A DNA stretch of 63,637 bases, counting the filler, from Rhabdomonas costata (lineage: Eukaryota), in NCBI GenBank assembly GCA_019059605.1. It is 39 parts of 39 records of this genome, joined end to end, with 100 filler letters (N's around TTAATTAATTAA, not from the genome) between each part and the next. Parts side by side here need not be neighbours in the genome. Positions count along the whole stretch, not along the records: positions 34,326 to 35,859 come from JAHMHO010013610.1; positions 35,960 to 37,493 come from JAHMHO010013611.1; positions 37,594 to 39,127 come from JAHMHO010013612.1; positions 39,228 to 40,757 come from JAHMHO010013613.1; positions 40,858 to 42,392 come from JAHMHO010013614.1; positions 42,493 to 44,026 come from JAHMHO010013615.1; positions 44,127 to 45,660 come from JAHMHO010013616.1; positions 45,761 to 47,294 come from JAHMHO010013617.1; 31 more parts are not named here. One strand, given 5' to 3'. The notes beneath the pieces were generated by a model, which saw only the letters and a program-made list of their open reading frames with translations, was not told the DNA's origin and ran no database searches. Shown here one piece after another: positions 35,650 through 47,174 of this stretch; position 1 is the first letter of the stretch, and each line of letters opens with the position of its first letter. Made by a program: the position numbers and the translations under genes.

Positions 35650-36220
35650 GTATGAAGTCTGGCAGTGCAGGAAAGAAGGGGTCCTTTACAAGATCCTGGG
35701 CGATCCGGTGCCCTTAAGCTGGTTTTGAATGACCCCGCTGAGTAGTAGATGCTAGTCGGTCGCTACGCTCCCTCCTACATCAGTCGCTCCCTCCAACATC
35801 AGTCGAATGAGTGATTCGAGTTGGAGCGAGGATCACGAACGGTTAGCATACCAACAACANNNNNNNNNNNNNNNNNNNNNNNNNNNNNNNNNNNNNNNNN
35901 NNNTTAATTAATTAANNNNNNNNNNNNNNNNNNNNNNNNNNNNNNNNNNNNNNNNNNNNAGAAACTGACCCAGAGATACCTATACGAACGAAAAGTGTGT
36001 CAAATGTGTTGTTGAGCATGTGCGCTTCGCGGGCTCGGTTATTCGCCCATCTGCCCACGGCTGACTTTCCAGGCAATGCAATTAGCTTGCTATCTTACGA
36101 GATAACAAGATTGCCAACGATCTATATATAGATTGCAGTCAATATCCGACATGGTCAAGTTGCACAACACAGGCCGTTCACCAAAAATGCAAAGAAAAGT
36201 AGCTTACTTGTGGTATTTAC

Positions 36221-37094
36221 CTGAGTGTGTGTGTCTCTGGTGTGTGAATGAGGCGGCAACGCGCGCCTGCTGCAAATCCTCCGGGCGTATCTCAAACATG
36301 GTCTGGCGGTAGCCCCCCTCACGGGACACCACCACGGCCAGGGCCCGCAGCACTTCCACCATGGGGCTGATGTGTCCCCCGCAGGAGAGGTCTCCGCGGA
36401 GGGTCTGCGCGGAACACACGCAGTGCAGCACACTAGTCACTGCAGCGAACTCACCAAGAAGATGCCTCGTGGTGGCCTAGGTTTGTATCCAGATGATGAT
36501 ACAAGGGGAAGAGTTTTGGAGATATATTGCCCGTGCCACGCCAACTAAAGAGTCTCTTTTGCAAACCATGTTTGCTGTCAGGCTGTTTCGTTCGCATTGC
36601 AAGCTGCTAATTTCAGGTAACTCGTGATATATGCCGATGTTTTCCGGAAGTGCAAGTAATGAAAGCTGTGATTTCTCGTTTCTCACTTTTGACCAGGGGC
36701 CATAGTACTCTCGTCCGTCCCCATCCGCTTCTCGACTTTTTTCGACCACCCCAAGAGGCCTCTTTCTGAAGGCTGAGAACCAGACATGCCATCTCTTCCA
36801 CTCACCAGCGACTGGTCCCGGAGCTAACCTCGAATAATAACTCGGGGGAATAGCCCCCCCCCCGCTTTGCTCGGCCCCGCTTGAGGGGTATTCGAAAATG
36901 TATGGCTCAGGTTGAAAAAAGCAAAGAAAGAAAAAGAAAGAAAAGAAAACAAAAGTAACCTGCAACATTTCTGACCGCTCCTTCTCCTGCTCATGCAAAA
37001 GACGCAACTGCTCCTCGCTCGGAGGAGGCAGAGGAACCGGAGGAGCTGAATCCTCCTCCACATGATACGGCACCTGCGCCGCACCAGCTGACGG
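36221..37094 (-). CDS. Putative multi-exon hypothetical protein (clearest exons 36960-37094 and ~36221-36439)
   Basis: AG/GT-bounded GC-rich frames; no recognised family. Confidence 0.35.
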
Positions 37095-40000
37095 CTGAGG
37101 AAACAGGGACGAGTGAGAATGGTGGGGGAGCTGAGACGTCCCAGCGTTGTGAGGCTCAATGGACCCGACAGAGGGACCTGCAATCGACGCCGATGCGGCG
37201 CAGACGCTCGAGTCGGGAAGATGGGCATAGGAAGGGGGGGGATTCTGCGCGCATTTCCGCGCACTGATAAAGGGACAGAAACCTATTATCCTCCTCCCTT
37301 GCACTAATAAGGACTTCGAACCAAAATGAAAGCGAGCAAAGTCTAAACAAGCAGCCAATCCAATTAAGGGGTCACTTAACGAAAAATCACATTGCACGGG
37401 ATGAAACATTATCAGGCAGCCAAAGATAGCCGAACAAAGCCGAACAACCCAACCTTATGAAGAAGGTGGGTACCTCCGCTCGCCCCACCAACCNNNNNNN
37501 NNNNNNNNNNNNNNNNNNNNNNNNNNNNNNNNNNNNNTTAATTAATTAANNNNNNNNNNNNNNNNNNNNNNNNNNNNNNNNNNNNNNNNNNNNGTTTGTT
37601 GGTGGTAAAAATGGTTGATGGTTGAGATCTGGTGGTGGCGGTGGTGGGTGGCAAAGTGTGATGATAGGGAATAGGGGGTCCGGGATCGCCTCTAATATAG
37701 CTCAGCTACGACGTGCCGGCGATAATCCGGCGGATAAAGATCACCCTGTAAAACCAGAAGAAAAAGGCGGAAAAAAGGAGGGACATACGCCCATTAGCCG
37801 AAGCACTGATGCAAAAGCAACACCGCAATATCAATGGAGAGCAGGCATGATAGAAAAATCCAAAGAATCTCTGCTGGAGAACAAACACGTCAAAAAACAG
37901 TGGGCGCGTTCCTGCATTTTCATGGAGCTGACAATGACTTCGACTGCAACTTTGGGAGATCTCACCTGGATGCCCTATCACCTGCAAACTGGCGGGATAT
38001 GCTCACAAAAGAGACTAATAAATCAGCTATTGGCACACGTAGAGTGTGCCAATAGCTGATTTTCTTTTGCAGGCCAGCAATGAGCGAAAATCTAAAAAAA
38101 ATGGACTCTAGAGAAGCTACAAACCGAACCATTCCGACCAGCTCCACTGCCAGCATGAACTACTCCTGGGCCCTACCGAACGCTTAGGTACTTGAAAATG
38201 CAGCTATGGCAAAAAAAAAGGCCTTAAAAGACCCACAATGGACGTTCAAGATGCCATAACTGGGTGTAGACATGCAGCTACAGGCTGGGAAGCTGCCAAA
38301 AAACTAAAATCAGAAATATTACCATCCCACCATTCCACCAAATATGGGCCCCAACCGGTCAGGTTTAGCTCACGTTGTGATACACGTGCCCGGTCTCGGA
38401 TACGCCTCCGGCTCCGGTCCCAGGTGCCCAAATCGGAAAATGCTTGGTGAATAAGCTAAAGATTTGAGCCACAGTAAGTAGTCCTACCACTCCCCCACCG
38501 CATTTGCGGGGTGACCCTGAAAATTGGTGCAGGTCCGGGCAGATGATCACAGGCGAGAGCTGCCGGAAGACCCCACCCCAGATCGACAAAAAGAGCAATT
38601 CAAGTACTGCCCGTTTCATCTCAAACCGGAAAAAATGGGCGGAGTGCCTCACAGGTCAGTTCATGTACAAAACTGACAATTTCTAGCAATACTCATCAGT
38701 CATATTCACGGGTAAGCTCCACATACACCACGTGCAATAAAACTCTAATACGCTTCAATCAGAATGTAAAAAAAGGGCCAAAAAATCCATTAATAAAGTC
38801 CACCCAAAGAATCCAGAAATCCCGATTGCCGACCACTGCCGTCAAGCAAAGCTCCCTAACATTCCCGGCATTACCCGAAAAGCCACAGTGCAACTAACCG
38901 GAAACGTCTCTGCTACCACAAGAAGCAGACTGTAAACATGAATTTTAAACCGGTATAGGAGGATCATTGCATGACATTCCTGATCCAGAGTAGCCTCAAT
39001 TACAAGAAAGGATGAGGTGGGAGAAATTCGGGAGGCTGTGAAAATGCCTCACAGGAAAGACAAGGCGCCCATGCAGCGGAGCGAAATCCACCCGTGGGAC
39101 CGTGCTGGCTTCCAACCTCCCAAAATCNNNNNNNNNNNNNNNNNNNNNNNNNNNNNNNNNNNNNNNNNNNNTTAATTAATTAANNNNNNNNNNNNNNNNN
39201 NNNNNNNNNNNNNNNNNNNNNNNNNNNTGTTGGGTGGTTGCGCAGATAGACAGAACAGCGAGATGGGACTGCAAGGGTTGAGCGAGATGGGACTGCAAGG
39301 GAACTGAGTGAGTTGGTTTTGAGCAGGCAGGCAGAATTGCACTGCGGCTGGCCTGGAGGAGCAAAGCCACAGCGAAGAAAACGGACGCCGCCGCCAAGGG
39401 GGCGGCGACGTGAGAACCTGGCCTGAGTGGCAGGATATACGTGCGCATGCTCTGCTACGCAGGCTGCTGCTTGGGCTGGCTCTAAGCTTATGAGCTTGTC
39501 AAGGTTAACAGAAAAGATTCCAGACAAGGTTTCTGTACTTAACGTCCTAAACAGGTTTTACAGAAAGAAAATGAAAAAACTGGAAAATGAAAACTCGACC
39601 GATCGGGCAGGGTTCGAAAGCATTTGCTGCCGATAGAAAATGCCATGGTTCATCGCCAGTACTTTTGCTGAGACCTAAAACCTTTTCACAACCTTTCCAC
39701 CCACACCCATCCCCAGCCGATTTCCGGGAAAACACATGCAAGTCACGAATCATTCAAACCCTGGTACCCTGCTCCCCGCTGACCTTGGTACCCTGCTCCC
39801 TGCACTCCCACTCCCTTGATGAACAGTAGGTGTCACCATTGATGGGTACGCCAAATTTGAAGAAAAAATTATAAAAGACATTTCGAAACAACTTAAAATA
39901 TCTGAAAAATTCAATAGTTAAGTAGGATTCACATGAATGACTCTAAAAAGGGAGGTTCACATTCATGTCATGACACGGAGACAACACGGAGTCGCACGCG

Positions 40001-40861
40001 CTTTGTCATTTACAGACGGCTCGAAAATCAGCGACCAAAGAATTAAAAAAATAAACTTTGAAGAATTTTACTTTTTCAAAACGGTTTTAAACGAAAAGCT
40101 TCTTCATTTTTGGGTAGGACTTGAGGAACGGCGGGTTCAATGACGGTACGTTTTAACTATGCATTTAATATCAAAGAGGAATCTTCGAGCCAAAATTGAT
40201 AGTGTAAATTTGTTACTATTACATTTATTTTCAATATTTTCTCTCAATATTACCTTTCAGCAAGGCATTGCAAGAAACTCTTGTTCCCTACTGTGTTGTA
40301 AACGTATTCAGAAATGAATGGATATTTTTTATAAAATCAGGTACGAAGCAGTGGTTCATAGAGCGGAGTGGATCAGTTCACGAGCAAGTTCCTTCGGATT
40401 AGTTAACAGTGCACCAGCTTTACAAAAAGCAAACAAGAAAGAAACAAATTACAGGCTATTGAAGGGCACGAAACTCGCGCGGCGCACAAAACGCTCTCTA
40501 AATCTGCACGCAATAATCAACAAAAATAACCCGACCGGCGTTTGCGCCAAAAGCGTCGAAAACTCCCTGCCGTGATTCCCTCCCACTTCCGGGGGTCACC
40601 TCTGTGACTCTTGGTTTGTTTCAGGACAAAGTTGTACAAGTCAAAGAGAGCATGACGAAACGTTCGGCCTCATTGAAGACTGGGAAAGGCTCCGGTCCAG
40701 AGCAAAATGAGGTTTTGCTTCATCTTTTTGACTTGTACATCTTTGTCCACAAACACANNNNNNNNNNNNNNNNNNNNNNNNNNNNNNNNNNNNNNNNNNN
40801 NTTAATTAATTAANNNNNNNNNNNNNNNNNNNNNNNNNNNNNNNNNNNNNNNNNNNNAGCC

Positions 40862-40876
40862 GGGAATAGGGGAAAG
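40862..40876 (+). promoter_or_regulatory. Polypurine tract (PPT) GGGAATAGGGGAAAG
   Basis: Purine run 1 nt upstream of the LTR TG. Confidence 0.7.
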
Positions 40877-40877
40877 C

Positions 40878-41333
40878 TGTGAAAGGCCAGAGGGCACACT
40901 CACACCCCCTGAAGTGCGCGTGTTAGTTAGAAGGGGCGAAGCCAAAGCACACCACAGACATCAGGCAGTCGAAAGCACACCCTCACGCGGAAGGGCAGCC
41001 CACTTGCAGGCAGTTTGCCAAGAGGTTTGGGTTTTGGAGTTGAAGCTTGCGCGCCCTCGCACCCCCGTAGCCCCGCCACCCCAGCAGGAAGAGAAAGCAC
41101 CACAACCGTCAGGTCACCGAAGAAAAGCGGGAGTCGCGAAGGACCCCGCCACGCGCCGCGAAAGGCGGCTGAGTGTAATCAAAGCCAGGTACTTGGTGTA
41201 TACCAAGGTAAGCCCCGGCAGCGCCCAACGCGCGTCACAGGCGTTCGGGAAGCGGTGTGCCCCAAGCAGGGTCCGCAGTCCTGTGAACCCACCGGGACAG
41301 GTAATTGGCCAGGCAGAAGGCTGGGCCGTCACA
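40878..41333 (+). mobile_element. LTR of 456 bp (TGTGA...TCACA) of an LTR retrotransposon
   Basis: Inverted termini TGTGAAAGGCCAG and CTGGGCCGTCACA; polypurine tract immediately 5' and a PBS 2 nt 3'. Confidence 0.8.
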
Positions 41334-41335
41334 GG

Positions 41336-41354
41336 TGGTAGCAGAGGTTTGGTT
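41336..41354 (+). promoter_or_regulatory. Primer-binding site for initiator tRNA-Met (TGGTAGCAGAGGTTTGGTT)
   Basis: Complementary to the common eukaryotic tRNAi-Met 3' end (...CUCUGCUACCA) and located 2 nt after the LTR CA. Confidence 0.8.
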
Positions 41355-41808
41355 GGAAAACACCCTGTGCGGTGCATAGCGTGTAGCGCTCTTTGTCGCG
41401 ACGAGTCGTCGCGTGGTAGCAGAGTCTTTTGGGGGGAAGTTTCGTACGAGTCAGGTTCGTATAAGACCGCCTGACGCAGGGAGACTGCCCGCGACACGCA
41501 AAGCGTTGGTAGCATTGATTGGTATAAGGCGGAGAGAGGACCTGCTCGTACAGAGTGTGTGTTGTGTCCCTGACCCGAATCATCTGGCAGAGCAAAAATC
41601 ATCTTTCGTCCCACCCTGTGTGTGATTGATTCGAGCTTGATTGGGTGGTGAACTGTGTCGTATTGATTGATTGATTGATTGAGCAGTAGTGATGTCAGGA
41701 GAAGGCGCACCCCCAGCGCAAAGCATGGAGCAGACATTTCAATCTTTCCTTTTTCACTCAGCGTCGCTGTTTTGACAGCTTGAAGAGCAGCAGAAGGCGA
41801 CACAGCAG

Positions 41809-42231
41809 TTGACGGACAGTCTGGTTCAGAGATTAAGAGTAACGGGTGGACTGCCAAGTGGAGAAGAGGGACCGGGAGCCGGAAGAGCAGCAGTACACGT
41901 GACAGTTGTTCCGAATCAGGCTGAGTCAGTGAGTGGAGCGCTTCGTAAACTGCAGGAAAAGGACCCCGAGTTTCCCAGATACGACGGGAACGCCGCTAAT
42001 TTCCTCCCTTGGTTGGGGGCAGTGGATAAGCTGAAGGATTTTCGTCGTCACAACCACCTGATAATCCGAGCCGATTTTTTAGAAGCCCCCGATGGTGGTA
42101 AGAATGAATGGGAGCATGCACCTTCGGAGAGGAAAAATAATACGCAAGAGTACGGCTGCCATGCCCTTTTACCAGTGAAAAAAGGAACTGAAGGGAATCC
42201 GGTCGCTGTTGGGGCGAGACATCGATTTTAG
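41809..42231 (+). pseudogene. Gag-like ORF remnant of the LTR element
   Basis: Lies downstream of the PBS. PEFPRYDGNAANFLPWLGAVDK resembles the Ty3/Gypsy capsid P.F.G...F..WL motif. Confidence 0.5.
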
Positions 42232-42492
42232 CGTCCCTTTGTTGACGAGAGGCAGCGGTCATTGGCGCAGGTTGTTGCCGCGCCATCACAGGCACAACGC
42301 ACGGGGAGAAGCTGGAAAGACGAAGCTATGAAAAACGGCTCGGATTATCAGGTGGTTGTGACGACGAAAATCCTTCAGCTTACACACACCCCNNNNNNNN
42401 NNNNNNNNNNNNNNNNNNNNNNNNNNNNNNNNNNNNTTAATTAATTAANNNNNNNNNNNNNNNNNNNNNNNNNNNNNNNNNNNNNNNNNNNN

Positions 42493-43470
42493 GTTGTTGT
42501 GGTCTATCCTCAGCTCAACGCTGCTCTGCGAGGGAAGGATGGGGTGCACTCACCGGAGGAGATTGCGGAGTGGAGGGAGGTCGCGCTGCCCCTCGGCCGC
42601 GCGCTGGCCCAGCTGAAGCCGCTGTGCACCGCCCTGTACCGGGGGATCGGCTGCCTTGTGCCCGAGGTGTGTTTGAGTGTATGCGTTCCTTCCTTGGCAC
42701 CCCCGAAGAGCACTGACCGAGCTGCGTGCTACAGGCATGTACTGTCCTCCTCCTCTCCGCCACTTAAGGGCTTCGTATTGGATGTAGGGATGTGTTTGGC
42801 AGTATAATGTTGGCAGATATTTCTTTTTTCTAGCTCACCTCAGTAAGCTCCTTACCTCCTCAGATTCCAGAATATTTCCGACTGCCGGGTTTTATTGTGC
42901 ACGCACTGTCCTCCATTTTTCCGACGCCTGCGCGCTTTGTAAGATGAAGGAATCTGAGTGCCAGTATTTTGACTGTTGACTTCCCTGACTCATGAAAATG
43001 TCTGACTCCGTAGCCTTGTTTTTTTTGTTATTTCCGCTGTGAGCTGACTCACGCGAATCATGGATGAATATTGCGAAGCTCAACCTGGAGTCAGGCCTTT
43101 TGGACGTGGGTCTGATGCACCCACCGGCAAAGGAAGAACTGAAAAAGTGCGGGCCTCTACTCTTGTTGGCACTTTTCCCGCGCATTCAGCCGCTGTACAA
43201 GGTGGGCAGTGTGCTGTGCTGGCCGGCCTTCAGCAGCACTACAGCCAAGACGCTGGTGTGTAAGAAGTTGCCCCCCCCCTCAAATTCGTGCTCACCCCGC
43301 TGGCCGAGGACGCAGCGATCGGGCAACGCAGCATGGCGAAGCACATCAAACTCTTCTCCGCGTTCCCCGAGGAGGAGGTGCTTCCCCACTCCTATTCTAA
43401 TTCCACCTTCACCACCTTCCCCGGCGTCCCCCTTGCCAGCATTCCTGTGCAGCAAATTGTACGTTTAAGG
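42493..43470 (+). CDS. R-S-E (ARTC-type) NAD+ ADP-ribosyltransferase domain; exons 42493-42666 and 43190-~43470 with a frameshift near the C9 run at 43271-43279
   Basis: YPQLNAALR, ALAQLKP..TALYRG, VGSVLCWPAFSSTT and LFSAFPEEEVL. Confidence 0.75.
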
Positions 43471-44126
43471 GCACTCTCTGCGTACTCACACTTCTGAACT
43501 GAAGTGTAGACAACGTTGTGCTCCTTCTCGGGCGCTCTGTGCTCACTATGTGAGGTTTTTTACTGAGCAGTGATCTTGGTTTCTTCGATGCCGAAAATTG
43601 TGTAGTTCTCGTGTGGCAGGGCAGGTTTTGCCTCTTCATGATGCTGAGCTACTTTGTATCATGGTTTCCATAAGTTACCTCCCTGGACCGGTTGGGCGAA
43701 GCGCATCTTGTGGATTTACGCAATCCAAAAGAGAATTTTCAATGGTCGCCCTTAGTTTTACTCCCTCCAGATCGGCTTGGGTTTCTTTTCTTTCTTTCTT
43801 TGATCTCTTCCTTCACCCTCCGCCTCTGTGGGAAAGGTACCCCCAACGCTCGCCTCTCGTTCACCCCATGAGCCGCAGGGTTTTCCCACTACACTGGATG
43901 TTTGTGCTAATTCCTCAGAACTAAGCATTTACCAGTGCTCATATATCCGATTAAGGTTCCACGCTATATACAGTTTCTCAGCCAATAAAAAAGCATCATC
44001 CTGTTGCAATTGTGAAAACCACAAACNNNNNNNNNNNNNNNNNNNNNNNNNNNNNNNNNNNNNNNNNNNNTTAATTAATTAANNNNNNNNNNNNNNNNNN
44101 NNNNNNNNNNNNNNNNNNNNNNNNNN

Positions 44127-44776
44127 GGGTTGTGTGAAACCGCCGCGATGTACCAGGGCCGTGACAGAGTGTCATAAGGAATCGTGTACACGAGAGAGAG
44201 TTTTTCCAAACGGGAGTTAACTCTCCACACTTGCAGCAACGGCTCGGAGCCGTTGATGCGGGTGCCGTTCTTGGCCGGGTCATACATGGCCAAGAAAAGC
44301 ATGTCACTGGCAGACCGCAAGATGCCAAAGCCGGCTCCTGTAGTGGAGATAAAGGTGATGGCGCCGACGTCTTTGATAAGTTCCATGGTATGATAAAAGT
44401 AGTGCTGCAGGCTGGTCTCGTTGTAATCCACCAAGGCTGCTGCGACACTCATTTGTGCGGTGGCGGCCATCTCGCGGGTGAGAAGACTCACCTGCCCCAG
44501 AAGGTGCAGGTGAACCACATCCAAAATTCGCCCCGAGACATAGTCAACGGACTGCGAGGCCGACAAAAGCGTGGTTTGCCAAAGCACCACCATGAAGACC
44601 ACGGCGACCAGCAAGGCGGGGACGATGAGGCTGACGAAGAGGGGGATCCCGCATTTGCCACACTTCCGTCTGCTACCACAGCGCAGAACTGAGCCATGGG
44701 TTGGGGAGGAATTCGCCCGCCGCAGAGGGGCGGTAGATACCGATTGAGGAAACACAGCTTGTTCTCCAGAACTCAT
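44127..44776 (-). CDS. N-terminus of a membrane receptor with a TM helix and dCache-like sensor (receptor cyclase type); 3' truncated
   Basis: Hydrophobic IPLFVSLIVPALLVAVVFMVVLW followed by YDTLSRPWYIAA, matching the Cache motif YDxxxRPWY. Confidence 0.7.
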
Positions 44777-45974
44777 GGTCAGAAACCACCAATTATTGTG
44801 ATGATATACGAGGGAGAAGGGGAGGGAGGGAGGAGCGAAATTCACAGGCAAGTGGTGTCGGAACGATTAGGCAGTCTGATGCACGCATGCAAATAACACA
44901 GGTATACAGCTGGCCACCACAAAAAATGACGAGAGAAAACAAGGCACCAAACAGAGCCCGAAGGCGGTGCGGTTCCTGGACAACGGGCGAAAACAGGGAA
45001 AGAAGAACCAGAATCACCACTCTATTTGCAGAGACCACGTGCAGCCAGCACCCAGGTAACTCCGACGCGCAGCGGGCTTGCTTCAGGCCATACTTCCATC
45101 ATCCACTCTTCTTCATTGGCCAGCTTACGGTGGTGTGTTCATGCATGGTCGGCATTTCAGGCACTTTTTTGGGCGTGGGTTCAAGGTGTTCGATCTAGCT
45201 TCGGTATTTGGTCTTGCTTCGACTCCTCCGGCGAGTCATCTGGAGCTTGGATTGGTATGCATTTTTGGGTTGGCTGTGACTGTTGGATTGGGGTTGGAAG
45301 CATTCTGATTTCTCCTTCCACTGGTGTACGGCTCTTTCGAGAGGAGCCCCACCTTAGTAGAACTAGAGCGATAGGCGTAACAACAACCATTGTCTATACT
45401 TACTGCTATTTTTCACTAATGAAACGACAGAATTATAGGTTTCCCGCCAACCCTCAGCCCTCGCTGCTGCGGCCAGTTGTAGGCCATTCCCCACATCTCA
45501 GACTCGCCGAAAATATGCAAACCTTCCCTCTCAGCCATCGTGCTGCGCGACTCCGGTGGAGTACCAAAACAACCGCAGCAAAATGGTCTACTGGCAGCAG
45601 TCCAAAGGTCCTAAGGATTAGTGGGGCAACGCCGCACTGTTGACATAGGCACACGGTACANNNNNNNNNNNNNNNNNNNNNNNNNNNNNNNNNNNNNNNN
45701 NNNNTTAATTAATTAANNNNNNNNNNNNNNNNNNNNNNNNNNNNNNNNNNNNNNNNNNNNGGGGGGGTGGGTGTAAACCAAAAGACCTTTACGACACTCC
45801 CATCATGGGGAAGAATGCGATTAAGATTATGCACATACCCAGTGCGCCTTTTGGGGACGGAACAAAGATACGTCTCGGTTCAGATCACCGTTAACAGCCA
45901 AAAGCAGAGTGTGTTCTTTTCACATACCGCATTCACTCCAGAAGAGGGGCATGGGGTTTAAAATCACGCAAAAC

Positions 45975-47174
45975 CTTTGGGTCCGCGGACCGATGTTCGC
46001 TACGCATCGACTGTCCCCCAGCCGATAGCTCCGACATGAGCTTGACCTGCATCGCATCCATCCCAAAACCCTCCTCAGAACGCGGGCCCCGCGGCCGCAC
46101 GAACAGGGCCTCGGGCATGAACTTCCGGTACTCCCGCAGGCTGGCAAGCAAAAGGTTGAACGACACCATCAGCCCGTCCACCTCGCTCAGCACCGACCGC
46201 GCCGACAGCGGCATCGCCAGCTCCACGTCCATCGTCGTCAACAGGTTCACCTCCCGCACCAGCCGGTGCAGCGGCCGCGTCAGCACCCGCACCATCCCGA
46301 TGCTCAGCAGGCACCACCTTTCGGAATCACCAAAGCAAGCAAGTGAGAGAGTGTGTGCCTTGTATGCGTGTGTGGGTTCCGTAAAAGGAGCGGGGTGCGG
46401 CTGGCATTGACGACGTCAAAAGATGGGACGGTGTCGCATTCTACTGTACCCAACCTCAGCACTATTTGGCGCCAAGTCTCTCTCCGTGCAAAGAGAAGTC
46501 AACAATGGGCTACAAAATCCTGACACAATACACTCCATGACACTACAGAGTACTACACAGTGGCAAAGATTAAGGCAACACACCCAATGATAATTACAGC
46601 CAGCAAGCCAAGCGTCAGCGAAACCCAGGAGTCCAGCTGTGCCGTCCAGGCATGCGTCAACGTGCCCAGCACAAGCACCCACTGAATCCCCTGTGAGACG
46701 AAAGAGACAACTCAGAAAAGCCGTGTAGAAAAAATCTGCAAAATCTGCTTTCAACTCCAGTACAGCCATGCCCAAGACGTGCCAACGAACACGCTGCAAC
46801 GTGAATAACAGAAACGGAAATCCAAGCGTACTGACCCCCAAACAGATCCACGGGCAGGAACCAACCTGCAGGTTGATGCACTGCACGCTGATGAAGTACC
46901 CCCCGCCTTGGACTTGCGCCACACTCGCCCCCGTCGCCCCCGTGGACGTGGCATTGCAGAACCTCAGCCATTCCGCCGCTGCACCCGCAACCCGCAGCGA
47001 AATCGCAGAGATCTCCGCGCTATTGGCGTTCACCGCGGCCACCCGCACTGCACTCCCCGTCACCGTGAAACTCTGCTCCACCAGCTGCTGCCCCGGCACT
47101 GAGCTGGCCAGGAGGTAGCCCGACTTGGCCTCCACCAAAAACGCAACCGAGCCCGCGACGAGTGCACTTACAGT
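45975..47174 (-). CDS. Cache-TM-HAMP segment of a receptor cyclase-like protein, exons 46866-47174, 46557-46690 and ~45975-46317
   Basis: AFLVEAKSGYLLASS, then GIQWVLVLG and a TM helix, then HAMP LTRPLHRLVREV...SEVDGLMVSFNLL..SLREYRKFMP. Phases are consistent. Confidence 0.75.

Noticed and set aside
38901..38918. GAAACGTCTCTGCTACCA as a tRNAi-Met 3' end or minus-strand PBS
   Set aside because: No cloverleaf upstream and no adjacent LTR terminus; a similar 10-mer also occurs inside coding sequence near 44670.
37594..39127. Possible decayed transposon ORF
   Set aside because: Coding-like texture, but I could not identify any RT, recombinase or transposase motif.
39850..40340. AT-rich stretch as organellar or contaminant DNA
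   Set aside because: No gene or RNA features, and it is continuous with typical nuclear sequence.
44127..47174. Adjacent Cache and HAMP contigs as one continuous gene or cluster
   Set aside because: They are separated by a linker, and on the minus strand the N-terminal piece lies downstream of the middle piece, which is the wrong order.
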